Assembly (NCBI GenBank): GCA_964199315.1
Contig: OZ116704.1
Span: forward strand, 14,508,001 to 14,572,000
DNA from: Orbicella franksi
Taxonomy: Eukaryota
Length of the DNA stretch: 64,000 bases
Direction: 5' to 3'
This document shows, in pieces, positions 1 to 11,952 of this stretch (its first letter is position 1; every line of letters starts with the position of its first letter). The notes under the pieces are model-generated. The model saw only the letters and a program-made list of their open reading frames with translations. It was not told where the DNA came from and ran no database searches. A program made the position numbers and the translations under genes.

Positions 1-214
1 GTCGCAAGTAGACCCAAGTTTTCTACCTGCGTCTACTTGCGAATAGTGTCTTTCCAAACGCACGCCTGGCAAACATAGTTAATCCGAGAATCTCCTGACC
101 TATGGGAAGACCAACAAATGTCTTATCACAAATTACACTTTACAAGCAATTGCAACTTCCCTCGTAAAACAAATTTTGCAAATCGCGATATACGTTTCGG
201 AGATGCAGACTTTT

Positions 215-401
215 GGGTTCGACCCTCTAGAGTAATATGGGTCAAGATCAGTGATCCAACATTACTCAGATCATATATGGCCAATCAAAGAAACCGATAA
301 ATCCATTCTGGTCTCGAATTCATCGGCTCCTTTGATGCACCATGATTCGAGTGATCAAAGATGATTGATCCTGATCCAGATTACCCCAAGGGAACGCACC
401 C
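215..401. mobile_element. Palindromic MITE, PIF/Harbinger-like (second copy 19910-20096)
   Basis: The right end, ctgatccagattaccccaagggaacgcaccc followed by tta, is the inverted match of a degenerate left end, gggttcgaccctctagagtaatatgggtcaagatcagtgatc. Confidence 0.65.
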
Positions 402-1373
402 TTAGCTAGACTCCTTCGCAGCTGTTACATAGTTGGTCACACAACGCTTCCACTGACGCTAGTAACTTTCCACAGGGGTTGAAGCGTTGCGTGACGACAA
501 AGGGAGACTATGCAGGGTTGATACCCTGCGGAGATTCCTGATGATGAAAACACGAGTAAAATACTCGGTCAACCCTGTGCAATCACTTACAAGTGGCCGA
601 AGCAAGGAAAAAAGTATGGGCATTCACGGTTGATATTTTACAGTCACGTCAGTTGAGCGCACAGTTTTGTTGCGATTGTCTGGGGGTCTGAGGACGAGTC
701 GCCCCAGGGCGCACCTGATCGCCCGGACAAAGGAAGCGCCTTGGCAATAGCGTCGATCGCGCAACAGAGCGATGTAGAGGGATCAACTGCACCAGGTGAG
801 CTAAAAGGGTATGGATTTCAAACGTTCTTGTTCTACATTATCAGGGCGAAGTATTATCTGTTAAAGATGTTGATAGCAAGCTAAGCAAATCTACAAGGCA
901 TGATGCACAAACTACACAAATACTCTTGACGCGTTTAGGACAACAAACTCAATACGATTTACGATAAGCTTAATTTCACAACATGAAGCTAAGCAATGTC
1001 TTTTTAATATTGGTGCAATTTACACTCTATTATACAAACAAAATCTACAAAAACATACTACAGAAACTTGTCCGCTTCATTCAAACTGGTGAGCTTTTTC
1101 TCGCTTTCTTCATTTGCTTTGTCCATCGTAGTAAATTACTGAAATCCCCACGTGGCGCTTTAATGAAAAAGCCCTGACGATGAAAGACAAATGATTGGGT
1201 TAATACAATTGCAGACACAAAACTGAACAAAGATTTTTTTGTTATCACTAGAATATCTCTTATGTTTCACAGAGCACTCAATCGTAAAGATGAAAATACC
1301 AGTTGTCTTTACTGGTTTAATACAATTCTTATTTGGGGTGGTTATGAGAATTTGATGGAGACCAAGAAATCCA

Positions 1374-1664
1374 GGGCGTTTCATTATGCGAGAGCGAGTG
1401 GTCAGAGTCCAGTGGGAATGCCCGAGGAAAATGGAACAACATTTTCCGATCAAACCGGGCCATCCAAGAGGAATGGCTGTTACCCTTTTTTTCCTTTTCT
1501 GAATTCCCTACATAAGAGAAGAGACGTAGAGCAATGAACTGATTTGTCAAAATGGAACAGAAAATCTTGGTTGGAATATTCCGGTTGGAAGGAATTGAAA
1601 CGGACCTTTCCATTTGATTTCCGACCAAAATTTCTGTAATCTTTGGCATAATGGAAAGCATGCC
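1374..1664. mobile_element. MITE with degenerate TIRs (second copy ~21068-21403)
   Basis: gggcgtttcattatg ... cataatggaaagcatgcc form imperfect inverted termini. There is no coding capacity. Confidence 0.55.
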
Positions 1665-1858
1665 TAGACTCTCGCTAGCTGGTCATTTGATTGGTCACTT
1701 GCCTGTTCCTATCAAATGATTTCATGATCGGAATTCAGCAAAATGACCTTTACAAACTGGTAATAAAATATTATTGAGCCTACCCCAGTGACTATTATCT
1801 CATGGTTTGAAGTGGTCTCCCCCTTGTAATAGCCTGGATGCCAGAGGCTTTTCTTGCT

Positions 1859-2209
1859 GGTCAGTGTAAAACGCAGACTGCATGCGGACTGCAGACTGCA
1901 GACCGGGGGTAAAATGCAGACTTAGGGGTAAAATGGAGACAGCAGACTACGGACCTTTTAAGTATTTATTGGATTATTTCCAGTATCAAGTGCTAACCGT
2001 AAACAGGGTTATTCAGGCTAACCACAGTGAAGGTCTGCACTCCCATTAGACTGAATACCACTAGGGATAGCCTAAACAATGCTCTGGTTGGCCTGCTTAC
2101 GGTTAGCTCTCAGTGATGAAAATGGTAACACAATTTAGTTAAAAAGTCTATGGTCTGCAGTCTGCCTTTTACCCTGGCGTGCAGTCTGCAGTCTGTGTTT
2201 TACACTGAC
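1859..2209. mobile_element. MITE with cagactgcagac-rich TIRs (copy B ~21598-21930, right TIR truncated)
   Basis: ggtcagtgtaaaacgcagactgca ... tgcagtctgcagtctgtgttttacactgac are inverted termini. Confidence 0.75.
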
Positions 2210-2507
2210 TGCTTTTCTTGCTCGATTTCCGATTTCAGCCAGGACTTAATTGATTGTAAATTGTCGTGCAGCTTTTGGGGTCGTAGTGTTGGCCTCTGGT
2301 CAATATCAATCCCACGGCACAAAAGAAAAATCTCTTTGGCTTCTAGGGTACTATTATGGGGTGTAATCAGATTTCATATTGGTACCAGTTTCATTCTGTT
2401 ATTTGTAGCAATATTTTGTTTTGCACCTCCTTCATGAATCTGTTTTCATGCACATACAAGTTTCATTCTGAGACAAAGTGGTTCAAAGCACATGTCTGGT
2501 CCTCATG

Positions 2508-3063
2508 CGAGGGGGGACTCCCTTATGAAAAGGTCGGGCAGGCTTGTCGTCTTGCTTTAGGGTATAAATCAAGGATTCCAATCTCACTAAGGTGTTCATG
2601 ACAAAACGCCACTATTTTTAGCTATCAAGGTAAGTAATAATAAGCTGCTCATATGTCTGATTTTGGGCTCATAGACCAGTCTCTCAAGTCCAGTCTACTA
2701 GCACAGGCTCCTTTCTCAAACAACGGCCGGTAATAGCCTATTGTGCAGTTCCAGAAAATATCCCTACTTCCCATAGAGAATAAATTGAAATTTCCTGGGG
2801 AGTGGGAAGGGGGGTCTGTAAGACCAAAACATTTAAAGAAGTATGAAGCTTACTTGGAATTTCCATTGGGTGGGGGTCTTAAAAAAAGTCCCTTCCGAGA
2901 GGAAGGTATGGATATTTTCTGGAACTACAAATTCCGTTTTAACTGGTATCTTTTAGGGATCAAATAATGCTCAAACCAAACCCAGATTGGTCTCCTTTAG
3001 GGGTTTAATTCAAATTTTCTGACAAGCATTCCCAATCTTTTCATATAGGAGTCCTCCCCAGGG
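2508..3063. mobile_element. Non-autonomous element with a nested MITE at 2740-2932
   Basis: Outer ends are gggggactcccttatgaaaag ... cttttcatataggagtcctcccc. The inner TIR is attgtgcagttccagaaaatatcc ... ggatattttctggaactacaaat. Confidence 0.65.
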
Positions 3064-5095
3064 TCTGGTCGCTGACTTTACATTGAAATGAGTAGTAACA
3101 CATTCATGGCGTTATCATTTTGCCTTTACCGAAATGAAAATCTGTTAAATAATCCTAGATGAACTCATTGGATACCACTGCATCATTATAAAATGCATAC
3201 CTGATGTTTCATGTAAATTAACACCACCTTAAATGCCTGGCGGGGGGGAGGTACTCTGTAAATCATTCCAGGGTAGGGTTGTGCCATTGGGACACTGAAA
3301 CCCTTACCCTATACTAGGGGTTTCATTAACGATTTCAGCAGAAAGGCAACTGGTTTTCACAGGCGTGCAAAACTATTAGAACTGAACGTCTTTGTAAGAA
3401 AAACTTCCCACTAGATGGTTAAACCAGCTGGGTAAACTGTCCTCAAAGCTGTTCAATTTGCATGGCGCCCGGCCCTTTAGATGAAACCCCTGCTATGCTA
3501 GACATGATTAACTTGAATCTGGAATACTATTCTAGACTAGGCACCAAAAACCCCTACCCTATCCCAGAATGACTATTTTCTATGCAGAAACCGAATTACA
3601 GTCATAGTCCAGCATATGCTAACTAAACCAATATCTTACAAAGTCACTTCCAAGTTTTAATTTCTATTATTAATAGAACCGGATGTAATGAACCGGGTAT
3701 AATGAACCAGTTCTAGACTAAATTGTTTATACAATGGCCACTTTTCTGATAAATTATACCCTATTCTGGATCAAAACTGTCTGATTTTCTACACCCTGTC
3801 CCAGACTAAACTGCCTGAAAACCATACTCTTCACAGTGGTACATAGCCCAGCATTAAGTTTATATAAGTGCATTCTATGTCTCTAGGTATGGAACTGCTG
3901 TAGCTTTAAAATGGAATGACTGAGAAACAAGAAATATAAGTTTACTGAGTTATTTCAATAATAATTTAATAAAAAAGTCAGTTGTGGATTTCCTTATAGA
4001 TTTAGTTCAAATTTATAACATTGTTTGTCTTGTTAAGTTAAATTTTAGAAATATTGGTTAATTTGGAGGAGGGAGATCTGTTGAAAACTCTGAAGTCAAG
4101 GTGAGAACTGAGAATATTGTAATAAATATTAATTTTACTTTTATCATCATATCGGGTGCCAAAATGAAAGCAGACAATGTATAGAAAGTATCCATTTGAT
4201 GCCTGTCCTACCTTGATGTTTAAAATTAAATTGCCATCAATAATCAATTTAAAATGTTCTAGATTTGTAGAGTACTGTATTTACATTAATTAGCCTTAAA
4301 TTGTAGCTGTATTTTAGCCTATTTAAAGTTTTCTTTAGATATTTTTCCAGGTGATGGCATTACTTTTGCTGTATGTTTGATAAAAATGAGTTAAATTATC
4401 AGTAGAAGAGGACATGTGTATACTACATATAAGTCAAATAACCTTAGTTGTTACACACTAAGTGTCATTTAAAGTTATTTAGCACTGAATTATTAAATCT
4501 AAAGACACTTGGAATCAAGCCTGTGGTTGTCTGCTATCAAAAATGTACCTGTGCTTAATTCTAGTGCCATATCATAGTAATTTTTGTCAAGTTAAAGAAA
4601 TTAAGCCTAAACATTACAGATCTTTAAATGATCATTAATCAGTGACAGTGCTTTACATTCCACCACTCCCCACTCCCCTCACCCGCAGAGGAGATGCTAG
4701 TCCATCATAGCCAATCTTGGCCACCCCCCACCCCCCCAACCCCAACAATTTCTTTGTATTTATTCCTATACCTTGGTGCTTGAAAAAGTCACAGGGTAGA
4801 CTATTTGTTACATGTCTTGCTGAAAAGACAACACAAAGACCCTGACCAGGGCTTCAGAACTCCAGAACCTGGGTTGTCAAAATGTTTTGAAGTAATCCGT
4901 ATTAGTGTCGGGGTTGGTGCCATCTCTGCAAATGAACGAGATGAATTTCACAGCAGAATAGCTGGCTGAGACAATGACAATGGTAATTTTCATCAGCAAT
5001 GGCTGCTTTTGACAACCCTGCAAACTTCTCTAAGTGGAGTCTTATGCACTTAATGATTATGCCAGTGCGTCTCCATTGAAAATGTTAACCCTTTA

Positions 5096-5390
5096 GGGTA
5101 GGTAGGTAAAGTCTGCATACGAGCCATGTGGCCCATCAGGTCAGAGCTTATTCTGTAGCATGAAGTGACTAGGAGTATTTCTACTCTCTCCTGGATGGGA
5201 TGCTAGTTCATCGCAGGGTTATCCCCCAGCATTAAATTTACTGGTACCTATCTGTACCCATGGGTGACGAGAAGCACTGTGAGAGTAAAGTGACTTGCCA
5301 AAGAACACAACACAATGTCCCCAACCAAGGCTCACACCTTGATGCTCAAGCTGGAGACAAGCGTACTAACCATGAGGCCAGTGCCCCTCC
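5096..5390 (-). mobile_element. tRNA-derived SINE (second copy 24635-24929)
   Basis: On the minus strand the head has A-box and B-box-like motifs (copy B reads ggaggcacagtggcctcatggttagt ... gggtttgagtcc) and the tail is tacc/ctac repeats. Copy A also has a local duplication of the head at ~5459-5505. Confidence 0.75.
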
Positions 5391-5845
5391 ACAACCCCGT
5401 ATGAGGCAGTTTCTAAATCTTGCTTGCTTGCTTGCTGTTCTACTACAAACATTATCATGCACAAGCGTACTAACCATGAGGTCACTGTGCCTCCACAACC
5501 CCGTAGGAAACAATTTCTAAATCTTAATGGTGTTTAATGGTCATACTCAGATTGGCGAGAAAGCCTGCTGATCATTTTACATGCTGTTCTACTGCAAGCA
5601 TTATCATGCACAAAGCAAGTGTCTGATTTCATGGGAAGTCATGCTATTAGTGTGTTATGATTGCGAGGATCTTTAAAAGTTTTGAAATCCCTGTCATGGT
5701 CTTAGTTTACCTTCCTTCACTTGTCTGTAGTAAAATGTTTACTCAGCCACAGTTTGCATGGCTTTGCTCAAAATATTCTTTGCAGTTGCAAGCAGTAAGG
5801 CTACTTCTTTCTTTTCAGCTTTCTGTTTGACATTTTCTACTTTCA

Positions 5846-6150
5846 TCTTACAACTTTCATCTTACAGCTTTTAAATCATTTTATTCTGTGATTTAGTTAT
5901 ACTTTTTGTACTTTTAATTGATTTTATCTCTTATCTGTTGTATTTTATTCGTTATATTATTTCATAGTTATGCCATAGTTTTACCATCCGTATTGTACAT
6001 AATTTTTAGAGAGCCACTGGTTTGTTAGTATTTTATACTATTTTAGTGCTACCCTCTTTAAATATAGTCTTTACTCACTCACTCACTCACTCACTCACTC
6101 ACTCACTCACTCACTCACTCACTCACTCACTCACTCACTCACTCACTTAT
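5846..6150 (+). mobile_element. 5'-truncated retroposon 3' end with an (ACTC)n tail, present only in copy A
   Basis: Absent at the matching site in copy B (~25272). It ends gtgctaccctctttaaatatagtcttt(actc)n, with a possible short atc target duplication. Confidence 0.55.
6073..6147. repeat. (ACTC)n microsatellite, about 18-19 units
   Basis: Read directly from the sequence. Confidence 0.98.
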
Positions 6151-9100
6151 ATCACTGTTGCTTTCTTAAGGCTATCTCTACCCTTCTGAAATCTCTTACT
6201 ATGTGTCTATTTGAAAAGAATGGAGTGCAATTCTGTCTGTGTCATGAATTGCTCGAGAGCTCGATTGCTTTTAAACTGTGTATATAATTCTCTTGATAAA
6301 TATCTGCTTATAATCCAATACTAATGCACGTTTAGGAATAATTGTCTTCATGTCGTGCTGCATGAAATGTCATACTTGATTGCCACCTAATTGCCCTATA
6401 CAGCAGACTCACAAAAAAACAAATCTTGGTGAAAGTGGTGAATTGTAAGAGAAAATAGATACTTTTTGTAGGTCTGTACTGAAGAAAAAAAATTGGAAAT
6501 TATCTGGTTGATATCTAAATGCACTTCTATATACTCAAGGTAAAAACCTTTCAGCTTACTGGACAATAAAGACAAAAAGTCGAGCATGTTTTCTTTTGAA
6601 GTAAAAATCAATACCTAATTTCTTCTTACAATCCTAATACATTTTCAAGCAAACAGGTAATGAGATTTAATAGAGTCATCGGCTAGGGGATATTGTCCAC
6701 AGGGGCCCTCATATCAAATTAGAGGATGAATAAAAGCCAATCTTGCCTGTTGTACTTTGACCATTTTGAATCTCAATACGCAGTCATGTGCTGCAAGGTC
6801 TTGAACCGAGATATGTTCGAAAACCGTTCGGAACTCTACTCTTGGTGTACGATCGGATCCTCCGAGAAAAGCAGATTTGCACGATAGTAGGGTAATTGTC
6901 CGAGACCCCGTAAGTTTTCGTCTCCTGATGTCGCGCCAAATGAATGCGCACTTAAAATTCAAAATTCCCGCCCCGAGGCAAAAGACAAGCTGCATGTTTT
7001 ATTTGTTGAATGTTCCCTAATTTTTATGGGAGAGATCCCTGGGTGTTGTCTTGATTCAACACCAAATTCTCATTACCAATACCAGAGACATAATGGAAGC
7101 CGCTGAGGAGAATTTATATTTTCATACAGTTACTGCAAGAGCTAACGTATCTCACATTTCCAGCGCTGAGTTTAAATCTCTAACTGCTCTTTTCCAACGC
7201 TATTTGAAACACAATGTAAACGAAAGGTAGTCGCAGGTCATTTTTAAATATAAGGCTGGTTGATCTGAGGAAAACTTCTCCAAGATGAACTTAGGAAATG
7301 TGTGGGAATCTCAAAAGAGAATTTTGATCCTGCGTCTAATGGTGTGATGGGCTACTTTGACGCTTTTTTGGATTTAAAAACACTAGAAAAACACAAAGGA
7401 AACACATGGAAGCTAGATGGAAACGCCTGTGGATAACACTGGGCGAGATGTAGACAAATTACATTGAAATACACGTAATTTCTTCGTAATTGACAGGAAT
7501 CATGAATTGGTATGTTTTTCTCAAAACGTGATTTCCAATTTGCTCAGAAATCAGCATTGTTCCTGTAGTAATGGAGAATTGGGCAGTAAATGAATGCATT
7601 GTATTTCGTGACATGTTTAAGCTTGCAGTTTAGAATTGCCCAAAACAGGGAACTGAATGCAAGAACAGCTTTAAATTTATTGCTACAGCCGGCACCGGGT
7701 TTTCTCTGAGTTTAGCCGCTAATTGCCTACGTTTTTCATCAACATTTTCCTATCTTTTTGTGTCATGCAAGCAATGTTTGGAATGATCGGATGTGCCTTG
7801 CTATTCAATAAAAGCATTGTTGGTTGAATAAACTATATTGAGCAGAGAAGCAAATGTATTGACTATTGCCTGCAGCAGAACGCTTTTCCACGCTTTAGTC
7901 GAATTCCTTCAACTAGAAAGGAGCCTTAATTACGCTCAGTGGACTAGTTGCCTCTAGAAGGTATGTTTTGACTTTGTTTTAGGTATGAGTTCTGCAAAAC
8001 AAAACCGAAATGATATCATTACTCCTGGACAAGTTAATATCACTAAACTACACAGACCAAAACGGGGCAGCTCGCATTTTCTGCCATATTGAAAAGGGCG
8101 CGAACGTCGTGTGGAATATACTATTTCTTTGGGACTTCTATGTTCACTTTCTAAGCCTAGCTGTATGTCAGAGTCCTTATTTAGGTCATCTTATACACAA
8201 ATATTCAAAAGGCTTCAGGAGTGACTACAGACTAATACGGAAATCATATCCATCAAATGTCTTCACCGAAACCCTTTGCTGAAATCAAACTTACTGTTGG
8301 GTAATCAGTTTTTGCTTTCTGTTTACTTCATACAAATAGTGATTTTTTTCATGCCATGTTTTCATCCTGTTCAAAGCGCTAGATAAAAGCACGAGGAAGA
8401 CGCTATTTCTTTTGCAAAACAGATGCTCTGGTTCACTACGAATGGTACTCTACAATAGATCTTTACTAATCCTTTAACTCATTATTACAGACTTCAAGCT
8501 TCAACTTCTAACAACCCTGTATCAACATCTTAAACTTACAAGCGGAGTGCAAGTATTCCCGACCAACAATTTCAGGACGATGTTAAATGTCTGCTTGTGT
8601 AATGACACTTGTGGCGTACAAAATCTGATAAAGGAATTTTTTTCGCTTTTTCTCTGTGCTTAACTTGGGTACATGCATCTCTTTATCCATCGTCAGGCAT
8701 CTCTTTGAATATTCAGTTGTCAAGAGTTTGGTTAAACAGCAAGAAAATATCATGTCGTTGACGAGTGTCTTAATTCTCATCACCTTTTTCGTTGATGATG
8801 TACGGTTATTGTTAGGAGAAACTGGAAGTTGGTCTCTCTCATGCCTTGAAAAAATGATGCTTTGCATGTTACCTGGCGTTTTGTTTATGCCATTAGCTAC
8901 CAAATGTTGCTTTTCGCTCTGTTTCCAACATTTTAAATTCCTTCTTACATTACTTTTTTTCGTTGTTGTTATACTTTCACTTACATATGTTTTTCTTATC
9001 TTCCTCTTGCTATTTTCACTTTGTCATCTCATCTTCTTTAACAAATACACTCAAAATCTCTCCCTGTCGGTTTTGTTTTCAATTTAACTGAGATATTATT

Positions 9101-9276
9101 TTAAGCAAATCAGATACAAAGTAATTAACTTAACTGGTCAGTCGGAACTATCTCAAGTTGGAATGAATTCATGGTCTGACAAGAATTTTGACTATTTATT
9201 TGATAACGCTGTGCTGTCTGTTTGTTCTAATTTGTCATCTCTTGCAAATAATGAATCGATTCACGCTTACCTCTTG

Positions 9277-9549
9277 CTAGCGTCCCTTCTTGTTTTCAAT
9301 AGCAACAAGTCTCCCCTCTTTAACTTTGACTTCTGCAAGAAAAGAAAACGAATTTTTAAGTGTTGTCTCCTTGACATACGTTTTCGTATAATCCCAGGAA
9401 TACAGCTTCTCACCTTCGCTCGTGAATCGCTTGACAGCGATGATGTGATTGTCAGGGCAGGCGATAACGATCCGTTGATAGGATGACGATTTTGGTCCAT
9501 CACTGCTCCCTGAAAACTCCGCTTCTGTGTCACCAGTCGCATTCTCCAT
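9277..9549 (-). CDS. Novel family member lacking the exon-1 module, 63 aa
   Basis: Exons 9549-9414 and 9332-9277, with an 81-nt GTGAGA..TGCAG intron. Protein: MENATGDTEAEFSGSSDGPKSSSYQRIVIACPDNHIIAVKRFTSE-EVKVKEGRLVAIENKKGR*. A GTAAGC donor lies 6 nt after the stop. YQRIVI..IIAVKR matches family exon 2. Confidence 0.55.
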   Translation of the reverse strand: MENATGDTEAEFSGSSDGPKSSSYQRIVIACPDNHIIAVKRFTSEGEKLYSWDYTKTYVKETTLKNSFSFLAEVKVKEGRLVAIENKKGR

Positions 9550-10000
9550 GTTCTCTTCAAATTCAAAAAGCTAACTCACCAAGGTTGACTGCTTATTTCA
9601 ACTGAGCAACCTTGTGACGCCTTTTTCTGTTTACCGGTGTGTTCGTTACGTTTCGGGAGAAATATGCGGTGAATTTTACTTCTGCAAGCACTTCCATCTA
9701 TGTTTTAGTTGTGGCTATTACAACCCTGCTATTGGCTAACTGCTGTTTTGCCTTCACTCAACCAATCGTGACAGCTCCTTTTCATGGGGGAATCCCTAGA
9801 TATTGCTTCTTCATTTCAAAGAAGAGCGATAACAAACTCTTTGTCTTTTGTCAGGGTTGTTGGGTTTTTTCCCTGGTTGTTTCCCTAGAAAAGAACGATT
9901 TCTGTTTGTTTTGTATGCTCTTGGAGGCCTATTAACCCTTTCCCCGGTTTTGACGTAAAACCTCGAGTCATACGATGCGGCTCAAACTGCCTGATCCTAT

Positions 10001-10680
10001 TGTGTGACCATTCAAATGAAAGCTATTGAGCAGTCCTTTCTTGTGTTACTCTTTATTATGCTGTACAAGGTGGTTCGAACTTTTCATTCTGTGGATAAAA
10101 CTCCGTTGTGTGACTATTCAAATGAAAACTATTGAGTAGTGCTTTCTTGTGATACTGTTCATTATGCGACACAAGGTGGTTGTAACTTTTTATGATGTAG
10201 AAAAAGCACTGTTGTGTGACCATTCACATGAAAGCTTTGGAACTACGCTTTCATGTGGTACCGTAAAATGGCGGCTCGATCTTTTGAATCTGGATGAAAC
10301 CCCAGTGTGTGACCATTAAAATAAAGCTGTTCAGCAGTAATTTCACGTGGTACTGTTTATTATGCTGTACAAGGTGGTTCGAACTTTTCAGTCTGTGGAC
10401 GAAACTTCGTTGTGTGACCGTTCATGTGAAAGCTGTCGAAGAATACTTTCTTATGGTTCTGTTTATTATGCTGAACAAGGTGGTTTAACAAGTCTGGATT
10501 AAATTCTAATGAAAGCTATTGAAAGCTGTTTTTTCAGGTCGTACTGTTTACTATCTTGTACAAGGTAGCGTTAGCTTTGAACTTTGGATAAAACGATAGT
10601 GTGTGAATATTCTAATGGAATCTTTGTCGCCATATTTTCGTGTGGTGTTTATTTGACATTTTACAAGAGGACAAACTTTG
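10001..10680. repeat. ~100-106 bp tandem satellite, about 7 degenerate units (about 5 units in copy B, 33041-33540)
   Basis: The motif tgtgtgaccattcaaatgaaagctattgag...tgctgtacaaggtggttcgaactttt repeats at about 10001, 10107, 10213, 10306, 10411, 10505 and 10600. Confidence 0.9.
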
Positions 10681-11499
10681 TCGAGTTTGTACAGTTTGAC
10701 GTATCTACCTTGCTGAACTGCTGGCTTTGAACTTTTAGAGAACATGAAGTAGACAGACATGATTTAGTCGCAATCGTTATGGCTGCTCGGGGTTGTACTG
10801 TTTCATTAGGATGTTCTAGAGGACTCGATCACCGAGTGATCAAAATGGATCTGTGGCCATCTTTTAGTCAGCCTAATGTCAGGGAAAAACAACCCTTATA
10901 TATTGAATGTAGCCAATTTAATGGCTATACGTTCACAAGTATAACTTACGCCAATTTGTTGGAGAATATCGAATGAAGCCAACAGTCTTTGGGGCAAATT
11001 ACCCACAAAACGAGCTAAAGTTGTGTGTGGTTTTAAAGTATGTTTTTTCTTACCATAAAGCCTCTAGCAATATGAGTTCTTCCTCTGAGATGGATGCTGG
11101 TAAACAGCACACTAGTACAATTTCTAGCATTCTGTTAGATGGTTAGATCAAACGCCAAATGGCAAAATTTGCTAGTTCCCATTTATACACCAGGGAGGAG
11201 AGGATAGGGTGTCTTGTCCAAGGAGCCTGGTCAGGACTTAAGCTTCAAGTGTCTTACTGGGGAATCTAACGTAATATTTGATAAGTTGTTATGATTGTAA
11301 TGTTAATTATATTAAAATAGTTTGAATTTAGATGGTTCTTGAGGAGCTTTATCCTCGAACCTGAACGTCGAGTCACTATTTTTTTGATCTGGATTGTTTA
11401 TTTGTGCTTGTTGTGTCTTACCACGTTGTTATGCACTGCTAAAGAAAAGGAACGCTATAACATCAAAGCATTCAGACATTCCAAGTATGACACAAATAA

Positions 11500-11952
11500 A
11501 CAAATGAAATACGTTTGAATTCGTTTTCTGTCGCGATTCTTCCAAAAGACGTGAGGTAGATATGTCTGTTTCGTAGATTCTGTCTTTCTTCTTACGAATG
11601 TATTGCCCATTTTGCTTTATGGAGAAAAGTACGAGGAAACCTCTGGAATTCCTTCCATTGATCGATTCATTACGTTTCCATGGAAAGGAAAGTCTTCGTA
11701 ACGACTAAGCGCTCAGCTTTCCTAGCAGCTAGTGTGTTGTATCGAAACGCCATTGTGTAATTTTGTTTATTGATCACACAAGCACGAGAATAATCGAGTG
11801 CCTAAGAAAGACATATCATTGTTCGTGAATGAAGACGTTGATTGACAAGCTGTCAAATTATGGCCTGACCTCCTCCAATGACGTTTCGCTCCAGGTGCTT
11901 TGGGGAATGTGCGTCCCAACAAAATAAAAGTGCGCGACCAATAGCTTCTCAT
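11500..11952 (-). pseudogene. Degenerate family pseudogene candidate (copy B ~34380-34821)
   Basis: Fragments in shifting frames resemble the three exons: FYEKLLVA, LHNGVSI..ERLVVT..HGNV, and (copy B) EYHETDTSAHVFWK. GGAG|GT donors and AG acceptors sit at family-like spacing. There is no in-frame ATG and there are frameshifts. Confidence 0.4.

Noticed and set aside
118-300. 60-aa ORF repeated at 19726-19995
   Set aside because: It spans adjoining MITE-type repeats and has no coding signature.
5300-5390. tRNA gene
   Set aside because: The A/B-box-like head is attached to a SINE body and tail, and no complete cloverleaf is evident.
6714-6995. 93-aa ORF open in both duplicate copies (25833-26114)
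   Set aside because: The recent duplication explains the conservation. There is no recognisable motif or consistent splice structure.
8656-9087. 143-aa hydrophobic plus-strand ORF
   Set aside because: It is the antisense reading of purine-rich sequence downstream of the 9.5-kb member, and it is disrupted in copy B.
10001-10680. CRISPR-like array
   Set aside because: The units are degenerate along their whole length with no unique spacers, the context is eukaryotic, and there are no cas genes.
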